From positions 11,335 through 75,334 of the IMG/VR virus record IMGVR_UViG_3300047160_007353: a DNA stretch of 64,000 nucleotides; one strand, written 5' to 3'. This DNA comes from a virus. Its lineage: Duplodnaviria; Caudoviricetes. Shown one piece after another: positions 18,466 through 26,922 of this stretch. Every line of letters begins with the position of its first letter. The first letter of the stretch is position 1. Under the pieces are notes generated by a model. The model saw only the letters and a list, made by a program, of their open reading frames with translations, made no database searches and was not told the DNA's origin. The position numbers were made by a program, and so were the translations under genes.

Positions 18466-18677
18466 TCCTCCTGCGGTTCATGAAGGTTGCAGCAGAAGGC
18501 TGCCGTGGTTTCCAGACCCGAAAAGTAACGCTCGACGTCCCACGTCCTGGCGAAGTCGCTCGCGTCCTCTTTGTCGTAGTGGACGATCTTTTCGCAGCGA
18601 CCCCAACCATAGTCAGCGGTCAGCGGCTTGTCCCAGTGCTTGCAATTCCCGCAGCACGGCTCAATGGCTTGGCTCAT
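18462..18677 (-). CDS. small Cys-motif protein
   Basis: CCGNCKHW...GRC...FCC. Confidence 0.45.
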   Translation of the reverse strand: MSQAIEPCCGNCKHWDKPLTADYGWGRCEKIVHYDKEDASDFARTWDVERYFSGLETTAAFCCNLHEPQED

Positions 18678-19419
18678 TGCATTTTGCTCCTGACATGAGT
18701 TCGCTGGCTTGCAGCACTTGCTCTCGTTGAGCGTACTTGAAACACTTCGAGGGATTCCAGAACACACTCCCTCGACTGGGGATCTGCTTTGTCTTCAGCT
18801 CTTCGGCGATCCACAGCCACGAGCGACCGTCCTCGACCCTCATCTTGAGGATCATTCTCATGAGCGCCCGCTCGTCGTGGTCTGGGACCAACCTCTTGAT
18901 GATTCGCCCGCGCTCCTTCTCGGGGCGGACCTTGTAGCCCAAGGGGACGTTGCCAACCATCTCCCCTCTGGCTTTCTTCGATCGCAGGACGTCTCTTGTT
19001 CGCTCCCGGATCATGGCTCTGTCGTACTCGGCGACAGCAGCCAAGATCCTGATCATCAACATGCCCCATTCGGACTGCATGTCGACGGCTTGCCCGAACA
19101 GGTTCGTGATGTGAACGTTCACACCCGCGTTCTTCCAGTTGTCGATCGCGACCGCGCACTCGGAGAATCTCCGGAAGGCCCGATCGATCTTGGTGAACAC
19201 GATGTGGTCACCCCTCCGCAGGTTGCTGGTCATGACTGATCCAGCCTCCCGCTTGACCAGCGGTTTCTCCGAAGAGATCGCTGCGTCGACGTACCACATG
19301 GGGACTTCGTCCTCACCCACCAGCTTGTTGCGGCGGCAGTACGTGAGGATCTGCTCTCTCTGAGTCTCAGGACTCTCCACCTGTTTGTCGGTGGAGGTCC
19401 GGACGTAGCCGTGGATCAT
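18661..19419 (-). CDS. serine recombinase (resolvase catalytic domain plus C-terminal recombinase-like extension)
   Basis: MIHGYVRTSTDKQ (catalytic Ser), DAAISS, TKIDRAFR, AEYDRAMIRERT; TGATG overlap. Confidence 0.85.
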   Translation of the reverse strand: MIHGYVRTSTDKQVESPETQREQILTYCRRNKLVGEDEVPMWYVDAAISSEKPLVKREAGSVMTSNLRRGDHIVFTKIDRAFRRFSECAVAIDNWKNAGVNVHITNLFGQAVDMQSEWGMLMIRILAAVAEYDRAMIRERTRDVLRSKKARGEMVGNVPLGYKVRPEKERGRIIKRLVPDHDERALMRMILKMRVEDGRSWLWIAEELKTKQIPSRGSVFWNPSKCFKYAQREQVLQASELMSGAKCNEPSH

Positions 19420-19766
19420 CAGTCCTCCGGGCACTCTGGGTAGAAGATGAGCGTCGCGGAATCCGGAAACACGTCGCTGGCTCCTCCGTAATCGAAATCC
19501 CGGATGAAGTTGTAGACATTGTCCGGATTCTCGCAGGATGCGATTGGGTAAGTCCCCCATTCTGGGTCGGGTAGCTCAAGATAAGTGACGCAGTTCTCCG
19601 TTCTGACGATCAGTTCGGTGTCTGGATAGACAGCCCGCAGAGCCCTTTTGGTAGCGATAGCCCAGGGGCAATCGAAGCAGTTTTTCTTGACGCCTTCCTT
19701 GATGTCGTCCTCTGTGACCTCAACGTTAAGCCGAATCTCCTTTGGCAGATCAAAGCTCTGATGCAT
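19419..19766 (-). CDS. hypothetical protein, paralog of 20446..20811
   Basis: SFDL...EDDIKEG...CFDCPWAIATKRAL. Confidence 0.55.
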   Translation of the reverse strand: MHQSFDLPKEIRLNVEVTEDDIKEGVKKNCFDCPWAIATKRALRAVYPDTELIVRTENCVTYLELPDPEWGTYPIASCENPDNVYNFIRDFDYGGASDVFPDSATLIFYPECPED

Positions 19767-19977
19767 CGCTTTCTCCCTTCTCTCGATTGTCGAGTTTTCC
19801 GGCGCACGCCAGGGCGTGCATGATCGCTCGCCCAAGAGCTGACGCCGCCATAGGGTAGTTCAGTTTGTCATTTACCTCAAGGCCGTAAACCACCGAGAAA
19901 TTGTCGACGCCTTTCTGAACCAACTTGATGGGTGGTCCTTCAATGTTGGTGATCTCAATGCAAGTTTTCACTCTCAC
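19750..19977 (-). CDS. hypothetical phage protein
   Basis: LVQKGVDNFSVVYG...LGRAIMHALACAGKLD; start uncertain. Confidence 0.5.
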   Translation of the reverse strand: MRVKTCIEITNIEGPPIKLVQKGVDNFSVVYGLEVNDKLNYPMAASALGRAIMHALACAGKLDNREKGESDASEL

Positions 19978-20065
19978 AGGATTGGCCTCGCAAAATCGCG
20001 AGCGGCTCTCAGTCGGCCGCTCCCGCCGGTGCAGCCCTCCATGGCCCACCGGGGGGAGAAGTCGA

Positions 20066-20449
20066 TCAATTCTCTTCTGTTGCCTTATCGTACTGGACCG
20101 AGAGCCAGTTCCAGTAGTTGTTGGTGTAGTAGTTCCTCGCGCCGCCAACCTTCTCGTTGGCATGGTTCAGAATGAACGCCATGCCGATCTCCTGGTAGTT
20201 GTCGAAGTGGCCATCCGAGCCGCAATTGCTCACCCTGCCGTCTTTCTGGAGATACTCCGTTATGTGTCTCCCGCCGATGATCCTGGCTACCCTGTACACG
20301 AAGTAGCGAGGTTCTCCGACGCGGCCGCAGTAGTCGTTCTCGACGATCCGCCACTCGACTTCGTTGCCCTCGCATTCAAAGGCTTGGAACTCATCAGAGG
20401 AAATCTGGGTTCCTGGTTCCCTGGCGTAACTCGCTCTGACGTGACTCAT
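20066..20449 (-). CDS. hypothetical phage protein
   Basis: ATGA-coupled start at 20449. Confidence 0.5.
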   Translation of the reverse strand: MSHVRASYAREPGTQISSDEFQAFECEGNEVEWRIVENDYCGRVGEPRYFVYRVARIIGGRHITEYLQKDGRVSNCGSDGHFDNYQEIGMAFILNHANEKVGGARNYYTNNYWNWLSVQYDKATEEN

Positions 20450-20811
20450 GACGCTTCTTGCTCCTCGTAGGTGACTGGATCTGTCTGCCCGAAGCATCTG
20501 ACGAACCTGAGGGTTTCGCTCATAGGCGAAATCTGCTTGATCCTGTCGTAGACGAAAATCCATTGCCGAACCTCCATCGAGGATTCGGACACGAACTCGG
20601 TTTGCCAATCGCCGTCTTTCCAGATCACCAGAAAGAATCTGAACTTTCCAACCTCGACCCGAAGCGGGCAGCCAGGGAACTTCTCCCCGAGGGCGCGAGC
20701 TGCCGCAAGAGCCCAAGGACAGGAAAAGTGGCTGCACGGTATTCCTGAGTTGATGTCGTGTTCTTTGACATCAGCTTGAAGGTCAAACGACTCTGGCATG
20801 GTCCTGGTCAT
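20446..20811 (-). CDS. hypothetical protein, paralog of 19419..19766
   Basis: SFDL...EHDINSG...SHFSCPWALAAARAL. Confidence 0.55.
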   Translation of the reverse strand: MTRTMPESFDLQADVKEHDINSGIPCSHFSCPWALAAARALGEKFPGCPLRVEVGKFRFFLVIWKDGDWQTEFVSESSMEVRQWIFVYDRIKQISPMSETLRFVRCFGQTDPVTYEEQEAS

Positions 20812-21539
20812 GCCTCGATGCTCCTGTGAAGGGAAAGTTGCTTGCCGTCACGGACTCCCGCCTCGAACGTGGAATGAGATCCTCGCGTCTCTGCGTATTT
20901 GCCCGACCTGGCTTTTGGCTCCTTGCCACCAAAGTGCTGCTGGATGTGCTGCTCGCGTGTCCTTTGTGCAATCGAGATCACAGCCAGAGCCGTGCTCCCG
21001 CTAGGCTTGGCTTGCAAGAGATCGCGCTCAGCCTCGACGGCCTTGCGCTCGTCTCTCATTCTGATCGTGAAGCCGCTCGCGACTCCGACGACGTAAAGGC
21101 GCTTGCTGGACGCAGGGTCTCCGGTTCTGGATCTGTGGTCCAGCCACAGGCGATCGAACGCTTCGAGTAATGCCGTGAACATGAACCGGCCGGCAGCGAC
21201 GTTTTCCTTGGTGCCGAAGAGATGAAACACCTTGCGAGCGTTCGATGCTCCCTCGGGGTATCTGTAGGTGAACATGCCTTCGACGAAGCAAAACTCCTTT
21301 GCGATGGCAAAGGCATAATTGTGGGCAAGGGTCCAGTGCCCGAAGGTCCCCGCCGTCTCGTTGGCCCACTCCTCTTTGACTTCCTCACCAGAAAGCCTCA
21401 CGTCCTCCATGCTCAGGTTGTGCTCGGTCATGAGCTTGCTGGCCATAGCAAAGGCTGCCTCCGCTTCCTGCGGAGTGCAGCCAGCCTCTTCGGTCTTGGA
21501 CAGGATCTTCTTGATTCTGTCAATCAGGTTTGGGCTCAC
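20808..21539 (-). CDS. DUF2786-like domain protein
   Basis: LIDRIKKILS...TPQEAEAAFAMASKLMTEHNLS N-terminus. Confidence 0.7.
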   Translation of the reverse strand: MSPNLIDRIKKILSKTEEAGCTPQEAEAAFAMASKLMTEHNLSMEDVRLSGEEVKEEWANETAGTFGHWTLAHNYAFAIAKEFCFVEGMFTYRYPEGASNARKVFHLFGTKENVAAGRFMFTALLEAFDRLWLDHRSRTGDPASSKRLYVVGVASGFTIRMRDERKAVEAERDLLQAKPSGSTALAVISIAQRTREQHIQQHFGGKEPKARSGKYAETRGSHSTFEAGVRDGKQLSLHRSIEA

Positions 21540-21889
21540 TCAGTCATCTCCATTTTGCTTGGCTCGGCGTAGGTGTAGTAGCCGCAGTCCCCGGGCTGGC
21601 GCTCGAAGCCGTGAGACTCCATGTCGTAGAAGCCGCCCTCGCAGTAGAGGATCGGCCCCGAGAAGCGTTCGCTGTTGTTCCAGACCCAGCAGACCAGCTC
21701 CCAATCTGGCCTCGGGATCTGGGTTCCCCCAACCCATTGGGTCTGGTACTCCATGCTGATCTCGATCGGCTTACCTGCCAACCGGAAGTGCATCATGATC
21801 TCTGAGTAGAAACCCCGCACAGGCACGCGTTCCCCCACTGAAGGGAAAACGCGCACCAAACCAGGACGCTCCGCAGGTTCGGTGCGCAT
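21536..21889 (-). CDS. hypothetical phage protein
   Basis: Coupled ORF; start uncertain. Confidence 0.45.
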   Translation of the reverse strand: MRTEPAERPGLVRVFPSVGERVPVRGFYSEIMMHFRLAGKPIEISMEYQTQWVGGTQIPRPDWELVCWVWNNSERFSGPILYCEGGFYDMESHGFERQPGDCGYYTYAEPSKMEMTE

Positions 21890-21902
21890 TCGATTGTCCT
21901 CG

Positions 21903-22148
21903 CTATTTCTTGAAAGGCTTGAGAGGCAGCCCCGATGGCCACCTGTTGCGACCCACGTAGAAAGCCGTCTTGAGGATGGCGCAGAAATCCGGGAACACGA
22001 CTCGGAGGGTAGGCCAGTCCCAGGAGCCGCCGTAACCTCCGTACTGCCATTTGATCTGATCCCAGATCCGGTTCGTGAATCTGAGGTACTGTTCTGGCGT
22101 CAGACTCATGAGGTATCGCTTGAGCAAGAGCCTACGCTTCGCAGGCAT
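21903..22148 (-). CDS. hypothetical phage protein
   Basis: GGYGGSWDWPTLRV-containing ORF in the operon. Confidence 0.45.
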   Translation of the reverse strand: MPAKRRLLLKRYLMSLTPEQYLRFTNRIWDQIKWQYGGYGGSWDWPTLRVVFPDFCAILKTAFYVGRNRWPSGLPLKPFKK

Positions 22149-22149
22149 C

Positions 22150-22422
22150 TCAGTCCCATCCTCTCTCGGCCCGATCGGCGCAGCGATCGCACTGGTAGCC
22201 TCGCTGGCGGTCCAGGGGGGTCAAGACGTTCTCGGCACCACAGGTGGGGCAGGGAAGGTTCCGAGGGTTGTCCGGTGTGGCTGCACGCAGCGCACTGCGT
22301 CCGCCCGGGTCTGCGAACCCGACGCCGTCGATCAGGTTCTCGTCGTCGTAGTCGGGCTCGTAGTCGATCTCGTCTCCGTACTCGTCGATGTAGCAGTCGT
22401 CTTCTTCGCTGAAGTAACTCAT
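22150..22422 (-). CDS. small acidic protein with Zn-ribbon
   Basis: D/E/Y-rich N-terminus; CPTC...CDRC. Confidence 0.55.
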   Translation of the reverse strand: MSYFSEEDDCYIDEYGDEIDYEPDYDDENLIDGVGFADPGGRSALRAATPDNPRNLPCPTCGAENVLTPLDRQRGYQCDRCADRAERGWD

Positions 22423-22803
22423 GAAGTTCAGTCCTCGCTGGTCCTGGGAAGGTCGAACTCGTCAGGGATTCTGATCACGATCACTCCTTTCCAATCTGTT
22501 TCCTGATAATGCGGAAGCCGCCGCCGGTCAGCTTGACGCGGTCTGAGTCTCTGTTGTCGAAGTCCCCGCGGAGGACTGCGTCCATGACGTCGAAGCTGTC
22601 TCCGAGGTATGCGATCCTTCGCTCTCGCTGCATTGGCGCGTACCGTTTCCGTTGCTTGATCGGCTTGTCCATCGCATTGTCCTTTCTTTGGTGCAAGAAA
22701 GCAAGACCGTACCGAAGTGATACGGTCCATTAGCGGCCCTGGCGGCAAAGCCAGGGCGGTCCCGCTTGAACCTCAGGACCGGCGCTTGCCCGCTATTCCG
22801 CGA

Positions 22804-23157
22804 TCAGTCCTCGTAGTCCTCTTCTTCTACGATCTGGATGGAGTAGGTCGCGATGTACTCCTCCATCTTCGTTGAGAAGCACCTCCAAGCCTCGACGAGC
22901 GCCAACTTCTTTGGTGTCGTGCGGTACGGGAAGTAGTGGCCCCAGTAGTACACAGGCTTTGACTTCCTGGCGTGATCCTGGATCATGTTGTGGACCACGA
23001 ACTCGCTGCACTTCGGCAGGTCGCGAATAACGAGCCGGCGAGTCGTGTGTTGGTCCTCTGTGGTGACCGACTCAATAACCGGTCCCATTGCGATGACATC
23101 GTCCGGAATCTGTTGCATCGTCGTTGTCCTCGTCGTTGTTCGTGTTTGAAGAACCAT
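22804..23157 (-). CDS. hypothetical phage protein
   Basis: ORF in the operon; true start probably downstream of 23157. Confidence 0.45.
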   Translation of the reverse strand: MVLQTRTTTRTTTMQQIPDDVIAMGPVIESVTTEDQHTTRRLVIRDLPKCSEFVVHNMIQDHARKSKPVYYWGHYFPYRTTPKKLALVEAWRCFSTKMEEYIATYSIQIVEEEDYED

Positions 23158-24301
23158 CGAACCTGAAGGTGTGGATCACGCCGTCTCTCCCGACAGCGCG
23201 AACCACGACCGTGGGCTGCTGACTGAAGACCTCCTTGACCGCCACGTACTCGTTCCCGTCCTTGTCTTCCTTGAGTTCCGCCGTGCTTGCTTCCTCGTTG
23301 TAGGCGGCAACCTTCTTTGAAACACCACGCACAACGTGCGTGTGATCCCCCGCCTGAACGAGCCCGTCCAGCATCCCGGCCATGAGACACACGGATACGT
23401 GTCCCTGGCCAAGCGGCAGCGGCGGCCTCTTGGGAGGCGGGTCCTTTGGCGTTTCGCACAGTCGCTTGAGAGGCGACCTGTCAATGACGGCGATAAGCTC
23501 CTCTTCGGTGTACGAGTTCTTGAGGAACCTCGTGGGTGGCCAGGGACTCTCCGGAAGGAGCCAAACCCTTGTGCGATCGTGGGGCGGACCCTCGACGTGA
23601 ACAGGAAGAGGCGGCTGCAACCACTCGTCCTCACCGATCACAGTGAGTTTAGAGCCGTTCGGACCGGCCTTGGAGTAGTAGTACGAGCCGATGTTGAGGT
23701 CATGCGTGAAGTATCCGTCCGTGTCGATCTTCTGGTCGGCTATCGCATTGGCTCGCTTGCGTCCGATGAAGACGCACTCGTTGTACTTGCGATCCCGATC
23801 AGGCAGCCTGTACAGCTTTCCCTGCTTGTACCTCGCGTCCAGATGGTTCATCACGGCGTACCTCTGGAACGTCGAGAACGGCGCCACGAGCACGAGCACG
23901 CCATTGGTGACCATCAGGTTTTGCAGGACATAGAGGAAGTTTGTTTCCTCGCGTCCTCCACCGCCAAGCTGATCATCGAACGGCGGATTGCAGTAGACCG
24001 CCGAGAACGAATGCCAGCTAATCATGGTGCCATTGAACGGGCACGGCGCAACGACCTTGGCTTCAGGCATGAGAGCCCGAATGTCGTTCCCGCGTCCCTC
24101 GTGCAGCTCAACGCAATACACGTTGCTCTGAGGGATCGAGAGCGCTTCGGATAAGCCTTTTATGGCCACACCCTGACCAGCGCATGGGTCAAGGATTCGG
24201 ATATCGCTGCTACCTGCGACACTCAGGTGCTTGGCGATCTCCGGTATCACGCTCTCGGGCAGCGGGTAATAGCCCATTTTGGCTTGGGCCGCTAGCCTCA
24301 T
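23072..24301 (-). CDS. class I SAM-dependent methyltransferase, DUF6094-like
   Basis: MRLAAQAKMGYYP, ILDPCAGQG (motif I), VELHEGR, YCNPPF (amino-MTase motif IV). Confidence 0.75.
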   Translation of the reverse strand: MRLAAQAKMGYYPLPESVIPEIAKHLSVAGSSDIRILDPCAGQGVAIKGLSEALSIPQSNVYCVELHEGRGNDIRALMPEAKVVAPCPFNGTMISWHSFSAVYCNPPFDDQLGGGGREETNFLYVLQNLMVTNGVLVLVAPFSTFQRYAVMNHLDARYKQGKLYRLPDRDRKYNECVFIGRKRANAIADQKIDTDGYFTHDLNIGSYYYSKAGPNGSKLTVIGEDEWLQPPLPVHVEGPPHDRTRVWLLPESPWPPTRFLKNSYTEEELIAVIDRSPLKRLCETPKDPPPKRPPLPLGQGHVSVCLMAGMLDGLVQAGDHTHVVRGVSKKVAAYNEEASTAELKEDKDGNEYVAVKEVFSQQPTVVVRAVGRDGVIHTFRFDGSSNTNNDEDNDDATDSGRCHRNGTGY

Positions 24302-24537
24302 GGAGACCCTCCTTCCTGAAGCCTCATGAAGTCGGTGTAGGAGAAGCAGATCCACATGTCGCCCACGATGACGTAGACCGAGGTCTCCTCGGACTGGTAG
24401 ACCGCGACGGGGATATCCAGCTTCTCTCTGCCGAACCCGATCGCGTCATTGACCCTGAGGAACCCTTGCTCGCCGCCCTTGATGCGGGCAACAGACACGG
24501 GTTCGATGGCGCAGAAGCGCCTTGCGACTTCCGGCAT
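24298..24537 (-). CDS. hypothetical phage protein
   Basis: ATGA-coupled to the MTase gene. Confidence 0.45.
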   Translation of the reverse strand: MPEVARRFCAIEPVSVARIKGGEQGFLRVNDAIGFGREKLDIPVAVYQSEETSVYVIVGDMWICFSYTDFMRLQEGGSP

Positions 24538-24634
24538 CGTTCTTTCCTTTCTGCTTGCAGTCTAGAACTCGAACACCATGCGAAGCGCATGGAAAAGCCG
24601 CAAGCGTGCATTCAAACGCCTACGGCTTGGGGGG

Positions 24635-25267
24635 TTAGGACTGGATGCGATCTGCAACGTGAATCCAGCTCCGGAACTCCTTGGCGTAGTGGGACAGCTC
24701 CTCGGGTGTCGTTGTGAACACGCGGCCACCTACCTTGATGTGCATCTTGTTCCTCCAAACCGCTTGGAGGATCGGATGGAACACCGGCGCGTCGTCCGGA
24801 TCGGCCGGCTTGGGCGGATCTGCTTGTTGCTCTTCCTCCCACTCGGTCGGAAGTTCGTCCTCGGGCGGAGACAGGTACTTGGGCGGAATGTACGACTCGG
24901 TGGCCACCAAGTCGTCGTCATCCGGCACTTCGTCGTCAGCCCTTCCTGCGTACTCACGGTCCCGTGATTCCTTCACGTCCCTGGCTTGGCGATACTCCAT
25001 TGGCGAGTTGTCGCGCCCACCTCCCTGCGGTCTCGCGTCAGCGCGATCGGCGTTGCGGCCCACTTGTTCAAACAGACCCTTCGTCAGATCCACGATGATC
25101 TCGGGCGACATGTCGTCGAGCCCTGGGATCTCGGAGGGCGGTGGTGCCTGTGTCGGCTTTGCTGGCGGTCGATCCGATCTCGGGCCTTGCTGTTGCAAGG
25201 TCGGATCAACGTCGCTGGTGTAGCGCATGGGGGTTTCCCAAGGCTTGCTGAACGGTCTCAAACTCAT
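24635..25267 (-). CDS. hypothetical acidic/Pro-rich protein
   Basis: ORF starting just downstream of palindrome copy 3. Confidence 0.5.
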   Translation of the reverse strand: MSLRPFSKPWETPMRYTSDVDPTLQQQGPRSDRPPAKPTQAPPPSEIPGLDDMSPEIIVDLTKGLFEQVGRNADRADARPQGGGRDNSPMEYRQARDVKESRDREYAGRADDEVPDDDDLVATESYIPPKYLSPPEDELPTEWEEEQQADPPKPADPDDAPVFHPILQAVWRNKMHIKVGGRVFTTTPEELSHYAKEFRSWIHVADRIQS

Positions 25268-25287
25268 TGGCTGGCTCTCCGTTTCGC

Positions 25288-25310
25288 TGAAGCCTCAATT
25301 TGAGGTTTCA
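25288..25310. repeat. 23-bp dispersed palindrome, copy 3
   Basis: TGAAGCCTC AATTT GAGGTTTCA; contains the stop of the YkgJ-like gene (...RETSN*). Confidence 0.9.
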
Positions 25311-25741
25311 CGCGCTCCAAAGAAGTAACGCTCTGAAATCTCCCGCAGTTTAGCCCACAATCGCTGGGTCTCGACGTTCGTCATGTAGCGATCGGGTTTG
25401 CACCCATAGGGGCATCGCATGAGGGGATCATCGACCGCGCCCCACAACCTGCAAAGCAGCGGTCTAACGTGATAGACTGAACACGATCCAAGTGATAACA
25501 AGGGACATTGCGTGCATCCTCCCTCGCCTCTCGATTCGGCCATGATCGCCTCATCGGAGGGGAAAACTGGTTCCGATCCCGATCGTTCGGTAATCCGTAA
25601 ACGCTCAATGGGCGCTACCACGGACTCGCTTATATGACACGAGTCCTGGCAGAGCCCTTTGCAGTTCAGAGCAGGCAGCGAATCGTAAAGCTCTTTGAGA
25701 GCCCGTTCCGCTGCCCGCCTGCGCTTGTTCGCCAATCCCAT
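25295..25741 (-). CDS. YkgJ-like cysteine-cluster (Zn/Fe-chelating) protein
   Basis: CKGLCQDSC...CPLL...CSVYHVRPLLCRLWG. Confidence 0.7.
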   Translation of the reverse strand: MGLANKRRRAAERALKELYDSLPALNCKGLCQDSCHISESVVAPIERLRITERSGSEPVFPSDEAIMAESRGEGGCTQCPLLSLGSCSVYHVRPLLCRLWGAVDDPLMRCPYGCKPDRYMTNVETQRLWAKLREISERYFFGARETSN

Positions 25742-25938
25742 CAGTTGCCGTTCCTCCAAGCCCGGAATTCCTTCCGGGCCTGATCCGGGGTTTCGAAGTA
25801 CCAAAGAACCGAGAGCAGAGGTTGTCCGTCCTCTGTCTCTCCCTTGTCCTCGGTGAAGTACCTGCCGTACAGGACATGGCGGCTTGGATCGAACTTCCCG
25901 AACAAGCCCGTCCATCGGATTCGCTCGATATGAGACAT
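25741..25938 (-). CDS. hypothetical phage protein
   Basis: Coupled ORF. Confidence 0.4.
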   Translation of the reverse strand: MSHIERIRWTGLFGKFDPSRHVLYGRYFTEDKGETEDGQPLLSVLWYFETPDQARKEFRAWRNGN

Positions 25939-25943
25939 CGCGG

Positions 25944-26120
25944 TCAGTCCTCCCTCTCGACAGAGGTCACTTCCCAGTAGTCGAACGCGATCATGCCCTC
26001 GTCCGAGTGGCATCCATCGACATAGATGCCCCAGAACACATCAGAAGGGGACAGGCGCACCACCAGGACATGCGAGCCGTTGGCGAGTACGACCTCTTGG
26101 CCAGGGATGAAATCCCACAT
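25944..26120 (-). CDS. small hypothetical protein (58 aa), not in ORF track
   Basis: MWDFIPGQEVVLANG...; GGAGG upstream. Confidence 0.45.
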   Translation of the reverse strand: MWDFIPGQEVVLANGSHVLVVRLSPSDVFWGIYVDGCHSDEGMIAFDYWEVTSVERED

Positions 26121-26142
26121 CGGTCAGTCCTCCATCCGAAGT

Positions 26143-26376
26143 CTAGGACTCGTCGTGCATGAAATCGAACCAGTGGTTGACGAGACCCCGCCATCGGGCA
26201 ACGAGCGCCTGCATGAGCAGCGGCGTCACGTACCCGAATTGCGACCGGAGCTGGCCTCGGGGATTGTCGCAATGCCGCCCGAGGTAGAACCTGCGTCCCC
26301 GAGCATCGACCATGACGATGTCTCCGCTGCGGGTGATCTGAAGTTGCGCAACGAACGCTCTGTACTGTCTGGGCAT
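26143..26376 (-). CDS. hypothetical phage protein
   Basis: ORF preceded by GAGGA. Confidence 0.45.
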   Translation of the reverse strand: MPRQYRAFVAQLQITRSGDIVMVDARGRRFYLGRHCDNPRGQLRSQFGYVTPLLMQALVARWRGLVNHWFDFMHDES

Positions 26377-26486
26377 AGTATCCTCGCTTTCGTTCTCGAT
26401 CCGGAATCAACAAAGCGCAGAGCCCAACGCTCGCGCCGCTCGCCCCACTCTCACAGGACATGGGGCGGATGGCGGGAGCGTTGTTG

Positions 26487-26708
26487 CTAGCCAAGAGGGA
26501 CGTATCCCATGAGAACGAGTTCGGTCACTCCGCTCTCGTTTGGGATGTCAGCCCACACTTCCGGCCTACCATCTTCGATTTCGATCCCGACTCCATGCCG
26601 CGCCGCATGGCGCTTGAGACGCCGCAAGGCATCGGCCCATGTCCTGTGGTTGGTCCTGTGGGACCTTCCGAATGCCGTTTCCCACGTCACACAGTAGAAT
26701 CGTCGCAT
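26487..26708 (-). CDS. hypothetical phage protein
   Basis: First ORF after the 26.8-kb terminator and repeat gap. Confidence 0.45.
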   Translation of the reverse strand: MRRFYCVTWETAFGRSHRTNHRTWADALRRLKRHAARHGVGIEIEDGRPEVWADIPNESGVTELVLMGYVPLG

Positions 26709-26817
26709 TGGTCACTCGCTTTCGTTCAGAGGGTCCCTGGTAGCTTCCCAGCGAATTGCCGGCAAGCCGCGCTTGTCCCCGCCTGACAGGCTAGCAGGGA
26801 CAGGCGGGGATTGTCAG

Positions 26818-26848
26818 GCGGAGCAGCGGAGCAGCGGAGCAGCGGAGC
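26818..26848. repeat. tandem repeat (GCGGAGCA)x~4
   Basis: Directly visible; intergenic. Confidence 0.85.
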
Positions 26849-26850
26849 GC

Positions 26851-26882
26851 AAAGAGAAACCCCCCGGGTTGCTTCCGGGGGG
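26851..26882 (-). terminator. intrinsic terminator for 26923..27918
   Basis: CCCCCCGG/CCGGGGGG stem followed on the minus strand by GTTTCTCTTT. Confidence 0.7.
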
Positions 26883-26922
26883 CTGAAATCGGCCAGTTTG
26901 TCGGAGGAAGGTTGACCGCCTA

